Of a stretch of DNA of 41,028 nucleotides, positions 24,734-35,430 are shown piece after piece; position 1 is the stretch's first letter, and the number at the start of each line of letters is the position of its first letter. The DNA is from a virus (lineage: Duplodnaviria > Caudoviricetes). The translations under genes and the position numbers were made by a program. The stretch spans positions 1 to 41,028 of the IMG/VR virus record IMGVR_UViG_3300027581_000015; one strand, given 5' to 3'. The notes beneath the pieces are model-generated. The model saw nothing but the letters and a program-made list of their open reading frames with translations, was not told the origin of the DNA and searched no databases.

Positions 24734-25708
24734 CTAAGCTGCGATACTTGATTTAGTCTTAATGACGTAACGTGCTTCCTTGCGGAAGATGTTCCATCCA
24801 AGAAGACCTTTCCATCCAGCAGGACGGAAACGCATTAACTTATCAGTTACTGGACCGATAACAGTCTTTGGCTCATATGTAACTGCTTCGATAAGAGCTT
24901 GCTTACCAAGAAGAACAGTTGCGAAAACCTTTGATGTACCAGATCCTGAAATTGATTCTGCACGAGGTGTCTCGATATAACGAATCTGATCAAAGATTCC
25001 GATTTCACCTGTCCATAAGTTACCAACACCAGCATCAGTGTAGGTATGAGGTAGTTGCCATACAGCAGATCCGCTTGATTGTGCTTCTGAACGAAGGTCA
25101 TAAGACACATCTGGGTGGATAAATGCTGTGTAGAAGCCACCATCACGAGGTGATACGTTAGCTCCACGTAGTTTTGCAACGCCTTTACGAGCAAGTGCTG
25201 CTGTGATGTTTGCTGCAGTTGTGCTTGCAGAAACGTCCTCACCGTTTAAAGTGGACTCATCAGCAGATGATGCTCCTGTAAAGCGACCTGTTGCAAGAGT
25301 TGTCAACTTGTTCCATACAATTGCATCAAGTGAATCACGCATATTGAAAGACAACATGTCAGCGACTGCTGGGTCAATTGCAGACAAAGACTCTAGAGCA
25401 AGCTTCTCAGTTGTGATAACAGCATTACCGTATTCGTTAACTGTTACGTTAACACGGTTAGTGTTGCTCAACTGTACTGCATCTGGATCTTCAGTCTGAG
25501 TTAGTGCTGAAGTAGCACGAGATAGATCGGTGTAGACTTGGAATACAACAGTGTTACCAGGGTTTGTCACATCGACAGGACGCTTGTCCGCAAACTTGCG
25601 GAACATTGGCTCTGATCGAAGGTTAAACTCGATATACTTATCATACGCCGTCTGCACCAAGTTCGACATCGTTGATGTCGTGGTTGATGTTGCTGGGGTA
25701 GTAGGCAT
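24734..25708 (-). CDS. Major capsid protein (N4-gp56-like, HK97 fold)
   Basis: V.V.EYGN, FIHPDV.YDLR, GEIG, GPVTDKLMRFRP.GW motifs; follows the scaffold gene. Confidence 0.9.
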   Translation of the reverse strand: MPTTPATSTTTSTMSNLVQTAYDKYIEFNLRSEPMFRKFADKRPVDVTNPGNTVVFQVYTDLSRATSALTQTEDPDAVQLSNTNRVNVTVNEYGNAVITTEKLALESLSAIDPAVADMLSFNMRDSLDAIVWNKLTTLATGRFTGASSADESTLNGEDVSASTTAANITAALARKGVAKLRGANVSPRDGGFYTAFIHPDVSYDLRSEAQSSGSAVWQLPHTYTDAGVGNLWTGEIGIFDQIRYIETPRAESISGSGTSKVFATVLLGKQALIEAVTYEPKTVIGPVTDKLMRFRPAGWKGLLGWNIFRKEARYVIKTKSSIAA

Positions 25709-25740
25709 AATTTCCTTCTATTAGGGTTTGATATGGACTA

Positions 25741-26199
25741 TCAGCGTTTTAAGAAGTTGGTTAATTCCTCTGGACTTGTTGCGTTAGCAATAAGTGAAGA
25801 GATGTCTCGACCCACATTTGGGTCCATATCACCATTCTCAAAGTCTGATATTTGCTCAAAAGATTGAGCGTCAGCATCTGGTTCATAACCAGCTTCTGAC
25901 TCATCAACGGCAGTAATTCCAAAAGCTTCGCCGTATTCAGTTAACCATTCAGAAATGCTATCCTCATCGGCTTCTATTTCCGCTGGAATGAACTGAGCGA
26001 TTTTTGGACTAAGTCCAAAGCCAGCTAGGATTTCTCCTACTGATGCTTCATGACTATATGTTTGAAACTCTTCAATAACTTGATCCCTTTCTTTAATTTC
26101 TTTAGAAAGTAGATCAACTTGCTTGCGTAGTTTCTTTACTAGATCAGTGCCGAAATCCGAAGAGTCATCCTCGAAGTCGTACTCTGTATATTCTGCCAT
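25741..26199 (-). CDS. Capsid scaffolding protein
   Basis: Acidic coiled-coil protein immediately upstream of the capsid gene. Confidence 0.7.
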   Translation of the reverse strand: MAEYTEYDFEDDSSDFGTDLVKKLRKQVDLLSKEIKERDQVIEEFQTYSHEASVGEILAGFGLSPKIAQFIPAEIEADEDSISEWLTEYGEAFGITAVDESEAGYEPDADAQSFEQISDFENGDMDPNVGRDISSLIANATSPEELTNFLKR

Positions 26200-26341
26200 T
26201 GCGTTTTCTCCCTATTAGTTGATTGGACCCTCATCGGGCTTGCACCACACGTACTCCTCACTAGGGGAAGTGATTCATAGAAGTGATGACTACCAGACTT
26301 ATACTCGTTACCTGGGCTGGTCGATCAGGAACGGAAACTAT
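26200..26341 (-). ncRNA. Putative structured cis-regulatory leader of scaffold/capsid mRNA
   Basis: 142 nt gap in a dense operon; several nested stems and a loop complementary to the RBS. Confidence 0.4.
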
Positions 26342-27913
26342 TTATACGTCTGCTGTTTTAGATCTACGACCAAGTGATGCCGTATCAATTGCAGATTTCT
26401 GTTGGAACTTGGCTCTTTCTTGAGAGGCAAGTTTCTTCTTCTTGATGGTTACATCAGTACCACCAGCAAGAGCTAACTCTTCACGAGCAAGATCTTGTTC
26501 GCTACTAGTCTCACCATAAAGACCCATTAAACGTTTGTAATCTCTTTGCTGTGTAGCAGCGGTCTGGAACGCAGACTCTGCTTGACCTGCTTTACCAGCA
26601 GCATAGATTTCTTCAGCAAATGCTTTGTCAGACATCTGACCTGCACGAAGTGCAGCCCCGCCAATCTCAGCAGAGGTGTACATCTTCTTAGCTTCTTCAG
26701 TTGTGTATTTAAATCTAGAGTCAATAACATTCATTGCTCTATCTTTATCTAGAAGATATGCTGTTAAATCTGAATTACTTAAACCATAGAAATCTTGAAG
26801 TGCTGTCTTAATACCTTGGTCAGCATTGTTTAAAGCATTTCTGGCTATGTTAACTCGGTCAGTTAATTCTGCTGTGCTTACACCCATAGCAATAAAGTTA
26901 GTAAAATCTTCTTGCTGATCATAAAATCCTGTAGGAAGCCCTGCTTCTTTAAGGATTTCTTCGTAAGCTTTTTCAGTTTGAATGTATTCATAAGGTGTAA
27001 GAAGTCTGTCTCCAGGTCTTCCCTTACCATCAGCCATACGCTTTTTAATTGCTTCATTCGCAGCAAAGCGGGTCTTGTAAGCCCCGCTATTGTAAATACT
27101 ATTTAAAACTTGTGCATCGGTAGGTGCTATATTATCTTCATAAACCTTATCAATTGTTTCCATAAGAGAATCAATGTATGCTTGACCTAATCCAGTATTT
27201 TCAAACATCTTCATTACTGAATCACGAGCACCAAAATCTTTATATGACTCTATTAAAGAACCTTGTGTACCATCTGACATGGTTTGATAAACTTCAACTA
27301 CGCCACCAGTTTTACGTACACTTTTCTGACCAACAACCTTTGGCTTAGCAGCTTCTGCTGCTGCAGCGGTTTGCATTGCTGCAATCTGTGCTTGTAATGC
27401 AAGGAGTTGTTCACTGACAGATGCGGTTGCTACTGTTACTGGATCAATAAATGTTGAAGTAGATGTGCTGGTGTTGGTAGCAGTACTGGTTGCAGTTGAT
27501 GTTGCCGTACTAGTTGCCGTTGATGTAGCAGTACTTGTTGCAGTGTCAGTAGCAGTATCTGTGCTTGTTTCAGTTGATGTTGCAGTTGATGTTGCAGTCA
27601 TTCCAGATAAAGGATCAAAAGATGTAGTTGTTTTTGGTGCTTTAACTGCTGGCTCTAAAACAATTTTTGTATTAGAAAAAATAGTTCTTCCATCATTATA
27701 TTTAGGATTACTAGTTAATGCTGGATTTATAGCAAGCAATTCTTTTACGGTTGTGTTGTTAGCTTTAGCAATCTGACTTAATGTATCACCAGGTTTAACA
27801 CGATAACTTACCTCTGCTTTTGGTACAACAGGTGCAGGTGTACTTGCTGCATTGTAAGTTTCACGAAATGCACCTACGGTTCTTGCCCAGTTTGCTGCGT
27901 CTGCTGCACTCAT
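26342..27913 (-). CDS. Putative internal virion protein with LysM and Ser/Thr-rich linker
   Basis: YRVKPGDTLSQIAKANNTTVKELLAINP; STAT repeats; helical C-terminal region. Confidence 0.75.
   Translation of the reverse strand: MSAADAANWARTVGAFRETYNAASTPAPVVPKAEVSYRVKPGDTLSQIAKANNTTVKELLAINPALTSNPKYNDGRTIFSNTKIVLEPAVKAPKTTTSFDPLSGMTATSTATSTETSTDTATDTATSTATSTATSTATSTATSTATNTSTSTSTFIDPVTVATASVSEQLLALQAQIAAMQTAAAAEAAKPKVVGQKSVRKTGGVVEVYQTMSDGTQGSLIESYKDFGARDSVMKMFENTGLGQAYIDSLMETIDKVYEDNIAPTDAQVLNSIYNSGAYKTRFAANEAIKKRMADGKGRPGDRLLTPYEYIQTEKAYEEILKEAGLPTGFYDQQEDFTNFIAMGVSTAELTDRVNIARNALNNADQGIKTALQDFYGLSNSDLTAYLLDKDRAMNVIDSRFKYTTEEAKKMYTSAEIGGAALRAGQMSDKAFAEEIYAAGKAGQAESAFQTAATQQRDYKRLMGLYGETSSEQDLAREELALAGGTDVTIKKKKLASQERAKFQQKSAIDTASLGRRSKTADV
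27465..27600 (-). repeat. STAT/TDTA 12-nt coding repeats
   Basis: TATSTATSTETSTDTATDTATSTATSTATS... Confidence 0.8.
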
Positions 27914-29166
27914 GCTAGGAACCCATGATCTTTAAGGATTGTTGCTCCGATGCTTGTCTTTTCTTGTTTAGCTGTTTCAGTAAAATCAAAGTCTGGATGA
28001 CGTCGTGCTGCTTTCTTAGCACTGTAAAGATTCATAGGTTTTATATTTCCTTTTTCATCTGTAAAATTAAGAACCTGTTGGACAGTATCGTTGTTAAGAT
28101 CTAAAGACTTAACATCGATTTCTAAAGTATTGGCAATTGTATTTAACCAAGGATCTGCAGCCTCACGTAATGTTTGACCACGTAGCATCTGATCTTTTAA
28201 GCCAGGAAATAATGACATTGCACGTTGTTCTAATTCATTATCAACATCTTCTGGGTTTAGAGTGCCAGCAACTAATCCTTTGATTGATGCTTCAAACCAC
28301 TTCTTAAATCCTGCATTAGATACAGTTGATGGATAGCCATAGTCATATGCTCTGTCATATAAAGCTTGAGCCATAGTTTCAAGCTTTCCATCAAGATCAT
28401 AAACAACCTTGCCGTTGCTTTCAAAAGTGTTTGTTGTATCAAACTTAATAGAGTCAGCCATTAACTTATTTAAAAAGTCTTGGTTATATCTAACAACCTT
28501 GCCGTCTTTAATAACAGCCTGTTGCATCATCTGATCAGCGTATGTAATAGCATTTGCAGCAGTAATGGTTAAACCATTACCCGCATATTGTTTAATAATA
28601 TTACTTGCGTTTAACTGTAAATCTGCAGCATATTGACCAGGGTTAGTCTCTTTGAAATATGAATGTTTACGTTGGGTATCTGTTTGGTTCTTATACCAAG
28701 TAGTTCCCTGAATGATTTGTGTTTGTAACCCAGGATCTGTAATCATAGTTCCGCTACCATCAAGCCCAAGGATTTTATTTAATGCATCTTGAAGGCTTTT
28801 ATCTGAACCAATAACAGCAGCAGCAACACCAAACTTTGCTTGCAAAGTTGCCATATTTAAAGTATCCATTTGAGTGGCACCTGTAGATGAAATGCCTGTA
28901 TCAACAACAGTGTTACTGCCAGGATTATAAGCAGTGCTTGATCCAGTTACTGGTGGGATACCTGGTGTATTTACTACTGGCTTAGAAGTATTTACAGAGG
29001 TTGGAAGAGTTAACTTAGTTCCAGAAAAGATTGTATTTCCACCATTGTATTTAGGATTGGTGGTTAATACAGGGTTAGCAGCAACTATCTTTGCAACTGT
29101 TGTTTTATTAGCAGAAGCAATTTTTGATAATGTGTCACCAGACTTAACGGTATATTTATCTGCCAT
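27910..29166 (-). CDS. Putative internal virion protein with N-terminal LysM
   Basis: YTVKSGDTLSKIASANKTTVAKIVAANP. Confidence 0.75.
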   Translation of the reverse strand: MADKYTVKSGDTLSKIASANKTTVAKIVAANPVLTTNPKYNGGNTIFSGTKLTLPTSVNTSKPVVNTPGIPPVTGSSTAYNPGSNTVVDTGISSTGATQMDTLNMATLQAKFGVAAAVIGSDKSLQDALNKILGLDGSGTMITDPGLQTQIIQGTTWYKNQTDTQRKHSYFKETNPGQYAADLQLNASNIIKQYAGNGLTITAANAITYADQMMQQAVIKDGKVVRYNQDFLNKLMADSIKFDTTNTFESNGKVVYDLDGKLETMAQALYDRAYDYGYPSTVSNAGFKKWFEASIKGLVAGTLNPEDVDNELEQRAMSLFPGLKDQMLRGQTLREAADPWLNTIANTLEIDVKSLDLNNDTVQQVLNFTDEKGNIKPMNLYSAKKAARRHPDFDFTETAKQEKTSIGATILKDHGFLA

Positions 29167-29920
29167 CGCTCACCACCTGTCCAATTGCATTTGGATCAGT
29201 TAATAAACCACTGACTAGTTTTAAGAAATTCTTAGCAGCAAATGATTCTGCAAAGTCTGGTTGGCTACGAGCAAAGTTGCGAGCAAACATAGTTGGATCA
29301 AATCCAGTTGTTTGAGTTCCTTTAGTTACGCTTTGACCTAATTCAAATCCTTTACCACCAGGAGATGTAGTTGTAGTTCCCTCAAATATTCCTGGCTCTT
29401 TCATAGCAGCAGTATTCATCGCTGCTCTACCTGCTGCTATTTCATTAGCAGAGGCGGTACGACCAAGCTCTTGTTCCATAGTATCTGAAACTATTTGTGC
29501 TGCGCCAGAGGGGCTGTATTGAGTTACACGCTCATCACGTTGTTTAGTGGTTCCATATTTCTTGGTAGCACCTTGGTAATCTGATGGATCTAAGATATCA
29601 AAATAATCTTCTGGGAAAGAACTTGGAGAACCAATTGATGATACCCATTCAAGAGCATCGCCCCAGACTTTAGCTGCTGCAGATTTAGGAACACCTCTTG
29701 CAACTATCTCAGCAATCATTTCATTATAACGTTGCTTGTTGTTATTTTTAAGAAACTTAAACCAAGCTTTTCCTTCATCTATAGTAACTCCACCATCAAC
29801 ACCAGGAAGTGATATTGGATTTGTTCTACCGCTAAGGCTTGGAGTTAATGATGTGTTTAATGACTGAGGTGATTCTATAACATCTGGTATACCGTTATTG
29901 TTTGCGTCGCCGACTGCCAT
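29156..29920 (-). CDS. Putative virion protein (254 aa)
   Basis: Coupled ORF in the virion module. Confidence 0.65.
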   Translation of the reverse strand: MAVGDANNNGIPDVIESPQSLNTSLTPSLSGRTNPISLPGVDGGVTIDEGKAWFKFLKNNNKQRYNEMIAEIVARGVPKSAAAKVWGDALEWVSSIGSPSSFPEDYFDILDPSDYQGATKKYGTTKQRDERVTQYSPSGAAQIVSDTMEQELGRTASANEIAAGRAAMNTAAMKEPGIFEGTTTTSPGGKGFELGQSVTKGTQTTGFDPTMFARNFARSQPDFAESFAAKNFLKLVSGLLTDPNAIGQVVSDGR

Positions 29921-32900
29921 TATCTGTTTACCGCCGAATCTGGATTTAGTTGAGGCATGCTTTCAAAATATTTTGCTGAGAATGTATCAAAATCATCTGA
30001 TGCTACTTGTAAGAAATCAAAATGAAATTGAGATAATCTAGTTTTTAAATCTCTTTCACGACGAGGATCATTCATAACTAAGTCATACTCTTTCTTCCAT
30101 TGTTTAATCTCTTGTAAGTAATAAGAGATCTCATTCCATTTATTACTTTGCTTACTAGAATGATTCATCCATTGTTGATTATTAATAATCTCTTCAATTA
30201 CTGGAACGGTTACATTCCAAAAATCTTTTTGACCTTGCTGACGCTCGTCAGCCCAACCTTTAAATTCGGTACCAATGTTGGAAACGATACGATTAAACTC
30301 TGCTTGTATACCAGTAGATTCATATCTAGCTTCTGATGTAGATTTAATACCATACTGATACATCATGGCATCTCTCCACTTGGAAAGTTTGTCATATTCA
30401 TACCAACCACGTCTTGCCTCAACAGATGCTCTTACTTCTTCAGAACTCTTTTGCTGAGTCAATGGTGAGTTGTATCCACCAGGAAAATTTAATCTCTTGT
30501 ATATAGCAGCGACCTCGGTTGAGTACTCATCCGTTAAATCACCATAACCAGTAGATAGCATCTGAGCAAACTTGGTATTGTATCTACCAATACTCTCTAA
30601 TAACTCTGGATTACTACGTAGCATCTTAATATCAGATAGGTTTGCTGCTACTCCTGCTATGTTCTTTCGGTTAGATCCGATAAATGCTAAACCATCTACA
30701 CCAAAGTCTTTAACAAATACTTCTTGAGCCTTGTCGTAATCACCATTGTATTGTGTTACTAAGTCACTATAGTATTGAGTTGCAGCCCTAGTTACTGGGT
30801 CAAATGTTGTAGATATAGGTGCAATAAATTGCACTATAGATCTAATGAATGACATATTTCCTGCTGCTTTAGCAGCAGTATCCATGTTAGGTGGACTACC
30901 TACACGACCATTACGATCCCATTCAGAGTATTGAACTCTAAAGAACATGTTTACATCATCAGCGAAACGCTCACTCTTAAACCCAGGGATTTTACCTGAA
31001 TCAATTGCAGACTGTAAATAAGCAGGAAGAATAGCGTTCTTTGTAGTCTCAAAAATGTTCTTACCTTCAATTGGATAACCAGCATAAAGCAAGCTATTCT
31101 CATAGAAGTCATCACCAAAGGTATTTCTTAATCCTTCAGATATATCTTCGCCGTGAATCTTCCATAATGAACCTGGTGCAGTAAATCCATTCTTAATAAG
31201 TTCAGATAATGTAACTCCACCAAACCAAGACACGCTTGGGTCGGCAATCATGAACTCCATTTGCTTTGGATTCCACTTTAATCCACCACCACGAGAGTCA
31301 GTAAAAGGTTTAAGTGAATCTTTAATAGACTTTGGCAACTTATCACCATAAGGTATTGGATACTTAACAGTTACATTGGTACCTGCAGGTACATCTTTCA
31401 TAGACTTATAGGTATTACCCTCATCATCTTCATAACTTTCAAAGTTATCAAAAGCATTGGCAATAGTTCCATACCAATAAGCATTCATTGGGTTCTTTGC
31501 CATAAGGCGAAGAGCCACAGCCTGTGAGTTAAAGAATGCTAGAGGGAAAGACATTGCAAATCGTGCTGCATACATACCATTACTTAAACGACGTGAAGAA
31601 TACAAGGTTTGCTCTACACGAGTTGTAGCTTTACGGTAGGCAATCTGTCGAAATTGGTTATTTACCGTAGCCTGTGCTGGGTTAATACCATTTCTCTGTG
31701 CTGCTGCAATAAGTTCTTTCATCTCTTCTCTTACGTAAGTAAGGAAGAGTGGATTACGAACCATTCTATTTTCAGAAGCAGCTAAAATTCTCCAAGCTGA
31801 GTCAATACCGCTTTGGACTCCCATAATTCCTCGTTCAAGATTATTAAGATCTGCTAAATCAATGTTTGGTCCATTAATTTCATCTAATAGATCTGGTCTA
31901 TTCTTTAACGCTGCTGTTACTTCATCAACACTAACGTTTCTATCAAGAATAATCTTACGAAGATTAGGATCTGGATACATTTTAAACATTTTATCTTGAG
32001 TTGCAGTAGCCCAGTTTAACCACCACTCTTGAGTGTTAGCTTCTGGTATTCTAGATTGCATACGCATACGATATTCAAGACCTTTAGGGTCTTTAAATAT
32101 CCATCTAACTACATCAAGTGCTGAATCTCCCCTGAAGAGCATTCCTGCTGGTAAATCTAACTCATTACGAATCTGACGATTCGCTACATGGGTTAAAGCA
32201 TTCATATAAGGCTTAACTTCGTTGCGAGAAATCTTTACAAAACCGACACCTGCTGATTTTATTTGCCGAGATATCTGAGATTGAGATTGTGCTTGGATAA
32301 AATTTGCAGCAGTATCCATTTCAGCAAGATAAGCACTTGCTCCACGTATGTTGGGATCTGCTAAACCATCAATAGTGTACTTAACACCACCAACTTCTAG
32401 GATCTCTGCATCTTGTCCTAAATATTTATAGTCTTTTAATTCTGCTCTTTTGGTTGCAGCGGTAGTTAAGACATCACGATGTTTCTTCATAACAGAAGAC
32501 ATACCATTTACCATGTCAGCACTATTGGTTAACGAATCTTGTGCCTCTAAAAAAGCTTTTTGAGCCAAAAACATTTGATAGTCTGCATTGTTTTTAGCAG
32601 CAGTTAGATCTGCTTTCTTGGTTTTACTTGCACCACGCAAGGCTGCTTCAGCTTTTGCTTGTGCTGCGGTAGCAGTATTAAAGTTTTTTTCTGCTTCGTC
32701 TACAGCTTTTTGTGCATCTCGCCATCTTTCAACGACTGGCTTTAATTCAACAGCTAAAATATCCATTTCTTTTTGGGCTTGCTTTTCCATCTTACGAGCA
32801 TGATTAGATGGAGACCCTGGAATAAATCTTTTTGCTGAATCAACTCTTAAACTTGTATTATGAACTAAGTTTGCAGTACCTGGAACTATGTTTTTAAGTA

Positions 32901-34857
32901 GACTTAAGTTACCAAGAGCCATACTTGCTCTAGCAAATGGATCAAGCATTGAGTTCTTTGGAATATAAGCAACACGAATTAAGTTTAAATTACTAAAAGT
33001 AGCGTTAGCTAAGTCTAATAACTCACCAGTTCCCATAGCAACTTTAGTTGCTCTAGCACCTTTAACTTGACCTGCGGTAATTGGGGATGCTTCACCCAAA
33101 ACTCTTTTAGAGTTTAATATAATTTCTATTTCTAGTTTGCGGAAGTCAAGCATTGGAATAACTGATGCTTCATTTGCTTGAATAACAAAGTTACCTGTGT
33201 TAATTCCGCCATTTTCATCTGGAATAAATCCATTTTTTGAGGCATACTCTTTGATAGATTGCCTACGACCACTGGTTGCTTTATGCCAATCAGTAATTAA
33301 TTTTATTTGGTCAGCAGTAGTTCTAATATCTGTAACATCTGCAGCACCAGCAAACTTTGCAAGTTTTAACATAACCTGTTGCTCTATATAATCTAAAGCA
33401 ATAGCACGTTGGGTATCATCTTGGGCATTTATAAACCTAGATACCATCTTGCGTTTAAAGTCAGTACCTTCAGCACCACGAAGAATCTGTAGACGATTTA
33501 AATCTGAGAGTACATCCATTACCGCTTCGTACTTACGTGGGTTTGATATGTTAATCATTCCTTGTGGGCGACCTGAGCCTACCCAAGCAATAGTACGAAT
33601 AACACGATCATATGGATTTGATTGGTAAACCTTGGTACGCCAACCGTTATCTCCGTCTTTACCAAATAACTTTATATCACCAAACTTAGCCTGAAGCTTA
33701 AGTTTTTCTTTAGCAAGTTTAACTGACTCAATGGAGGCATACTTGCCAGGTTGGTAACTTGATGCTATTCCAACATTAACATCGTTCTTAAAACTTTCTA
33801 AAGCATACTTAAGTTCTCTATCTCGTCCTGCTTTATCATTAAGAACATCTTTTAGTCTAGGCGCAAGCTTAGGGTCAAGAACCTCTGTATGAAATTTAGT
33901 TAGATCCGAAATTGGATTTACATTATTCATTCCATAGTTATCTAAGTGATCAGCCAACAAAGGAGATTTTGTATATAATCTTTGAAAAGCTAATTTATCG
34001 CCACGCTCTGCTAAAAGATAGTCAGCCATATCTCTATGGTTATCAATACGAGACATAATTGTGGCAGATCTATTTGGATTAAAACCATTAGATACTAATG
34101 GGTTAGAAATAATCTTACTTGCATCTCTTGTCTTAACTGCATCATCTACTAGTTTGGCTAACCCTGTAGGAGCAGGAGTTCCATCATTACGAGCAGCCCA
34201 TGCAACTGTATCTTCTAAGTTTTGTTTAAATGCAGCCTGAGCTGCTGGGTTTTTAATTACTTCAGAACCTAATGCTGCTGTCTTACCTGATCTAACTGCA
34301 ACTCCAAGACCTTTTGATCCTAATAATGCAGCACCTAAGTCAGTACCACCTGATGCAATCCAACCAAGAAACTCATTCTTATATGCTTGGTTTCTTTTCT
34401 TATCATCAAAGACGTTAAAGTCTTTGTCCATAAATGTTGGTGTAATTTGATCTGGTAAAAATGCACCAACTGTCTGACCAACTTGGGTAGCAATAGCCTG
34501 ACCCATTGAAATCTTTTTTGCTTGCTCTCTAGCAAATCTAAAACTTTGTACGAATCCTTTTGTTTGACCTTGACGTGCTGCTTCGCCAGCAAGGAAAGGT
34601 GTTGCTACTGTTTGAGTAACAGCACTAACCACATTGCCAATACCTTGCATCACATTAAGTGCTGGGTTAACTATTGGAGCGAATCGACTAGCTTGTGCTT
34701 TTTCTATTCCACTGACAAGTGCTCCGCCAACTTTTTCTTCTACTTTACCTACAGCAGTTTTATCTAATTGTTCTTTTTTAAATTCATTAACTCTGCTTAA
34801 AGGGTTAGGTACGGCGGTTGTTCCTGTTTCAGCTCTCCAGTCATCCCATAGACCCAT
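29920..34857 (-). CDS. Large putative internal virion / DNA ejection protein (1645 aa)
   Basis: Size, helical composition, position between portal and capsid; no tape-measure context. Confidence 0.6.
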   Translation of the reverse strand: MGLWDDWRAETGTTAVPNPLSRVNEFKKEQLDKTAVGKVEEKVGGALVSGIEKAQASRFAPIVNPALNVMQGIGNVVSAVTQTVATPFLAGEAARQGQTKGFVQSFRFAREQAKKISMGQAIATQVGQTVGAFLPDQITPTFMDKDFNVFDDKKRNQAYKNEFLGWIASGGTDLGAALLGSKGLGVAVRSGKTAALGSEVIKNPAAQAAFKQNLEDTVAWAARNDGTPAPTGLAKLVDDAVKTRDASKIISNPLVSNGFNPNRSATIMSRIDNHRDMADYLLAERGDKLAFQRLYTKSPLLADHLDNYGMNNVNPISDLTKFHTEVLDPKLAPRLKDVLNDKAGRDRELKYALESFKNDVNVGIASSYQPGKYASIESVKLAKEKLKLQAKFGDIKLFGKDGDNGWRTKVYQSNPYDRVIRTIAWVGSGRPQGMINISNPRKYEAVMDVLSDLNRLQILRGAEGTDFKRKMVSRFINAQDDTQRAIALDYIEQQVMLKLAKFAGAADVTDIRTTADQIKLITDWHKATSGRRQSIKEYASKNGFIPDENGGINTGNFVIQANEASVIPMLDFRKLEIEIILNSKRVLGEASPITAGQVKGARATKVAMGTGELLDLANATFSNLNLIRVAYIPKNSMLDPFARASMALGNLSLLKNIVPGTANLVHNTSLRVDSAKRFIPGSPSNHARKMEKQAQKEMDILAVELKPVVERWRDAQKAVDEAEKNFNTATAAQAKAEAALRGASKTKKADLTAAKNNADYQMFLAQKAFLEAQDSLTNSADMVNGMSSVMKKHRDVLTTAATKRAELKDYKYLGQDAEILEVGGVKYTIDGLADPNIRGASAYLAEMDTAANFIQAQSQSQISRQIKSAGVGFVKISRNEVKPYMNALTHVANRQIRNELDLPAGMLFRGDSALDVVRWIFKDPKGLEYRMRMQSRIPEANTQEWWLNWATATQDKMFKMYPDPNLRKIILDRNVSVDEVTAALKNRPDLLDEINGPNIDLADLNNLERGIMGVQSGIDSAWRILAASENRMVRNPLFLTYVREEMKELIAAAQRNGINPAQATVNNQFRQIAYRKATTRVEQTLYSSRRLSNGMYAARFAMSFPLAFFNSQAVALRLMAKNPMNAYWYGTIANAFDNFESYEDDEGNTYKSMKDVPAGTNVTVKYPIPYGDKLPKSIKDSLKPFTDSRGGGLKWNPKQMEFMIADPSVSWFGGVTLSELIKNGFTAPGSLWKIHGEDISEGLRNTFGDDFYENSLLYAGYPIEGKNIFETTKNAILPAYLQSAIDSGKIPGFKSERFADDVNMFFRVQYSEWDRNGRVGSPPNMDTAAKAAGNMSFIRSIVQFIAPISTTFDPVTRAATQYYSDLVTQYNGDYDKAQEVFVKDFGVDGLAFIGSNRKNIAGVAANLSDIKMLRSNPELLESIGRYNTKFAQMLSTGYGDLTDEYSTEVAAIYKRLNFPGGYNSPLTQQKSSEEVRASVEARRGWYEYDKLSKWRDAMMYQYGIKSTSEARYESTGIQAEFNRIVSNIGTEFKGWADERQQGQKDFWNVTVPVIEEIINNQQWMNHSSKQSNKWNEISYYLQEIKQWKKEYDLVMNDPRRERDLKTRLSQFHFDFLQVASDDFDTFSAKYFESMPQLNPDSAVNR

Positions 34858-35011
34858 CAGTATTAATTTCCCTTCCAGCAGTTAATTCTTCTAATAACGC
34901 AAGACGATCATCATCTGATTCAAAATCAAATCGTGCTAAATCCCAAGCAACTGGTGCTAATTCAAAACCCAGATACTCAAGATTCTCTTCAAATTTTTTA
35001 AATATTTTCAT
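34841..35011 (-). CDS. Hypothetical protein (56 aa, not in ORF track)
   Basis: MKIFKKFEENLEYLGFELAPVAWDLARF... bridges the flanking genes. Confidence 0.6.
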   Translation of the reverse strand: MKIFKKFEENLEYLGFELAPVAWDLARFDFESDDDRLALLEELTAGREINTDGSMG

Positions 35012-35423
35012 CTATTTGACTTTTTAAATACTTAGTAAATGCTTTCATAGTTCCAGTTGAGTTAGGTGAATCAGCAAAACTCTGCATCAATGGAAGGTAT
35101 TTAGATATCATTGTTAAATCTTCAACCTGTGTATCGGATGAAGATTTTAAACCAAGCACTTCTCTACCTGGACCAGGAGTATTACCACCGACTCCAGCAG
35201 TAACAAATTCATTTGGTCTGCGGGTTTCCGCACCTAATGGGATTATGCCTGCTAGAGGATTTTCTGCTTTAGCCATAGGTGCAGATTTTTGTTCTGCTAA
35301 AAATTGCTGTTGCTCACCATACTCTGGATTTGGTAATCGCTTAGCTCCCTGTGATGGAGGTAAGTCACTTCGATTAGACATAGGTCCAGGCATAGGAACA
35401 GCAGCAGGATTAACCATTGACAT
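34998..35423 (-). CDS. Hypothetical virion-module protein (141 aa)
   Basis: PGPMSNRSD, YGE, RPNE.VTAG...PGPG motifs. Confidence 0.7.
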   Translation of the reverse strand: MSMVNPAAVPMPGPMSNRSDLPPSQGAKRLPNPEYGEQQQFLAEQKSAPMAKAENPLAGIIPLGAETRRPNEFVTAGVGGNTPGPGREVLGLKSSSDTQVEDLTMISKYLPLMQSFADSPNSTGTMKAFTKYLKSQIDENI

Positions 35424-35430
35424 AAGTTAC

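Noticed and set aside
29920-34857. Tape measure protein or N4-like virion RNA polymerase call
   Set aside because: No major tail or chaperone genes nearby; much smaller than N4 vRNAP and no polymerase motifs recognised.
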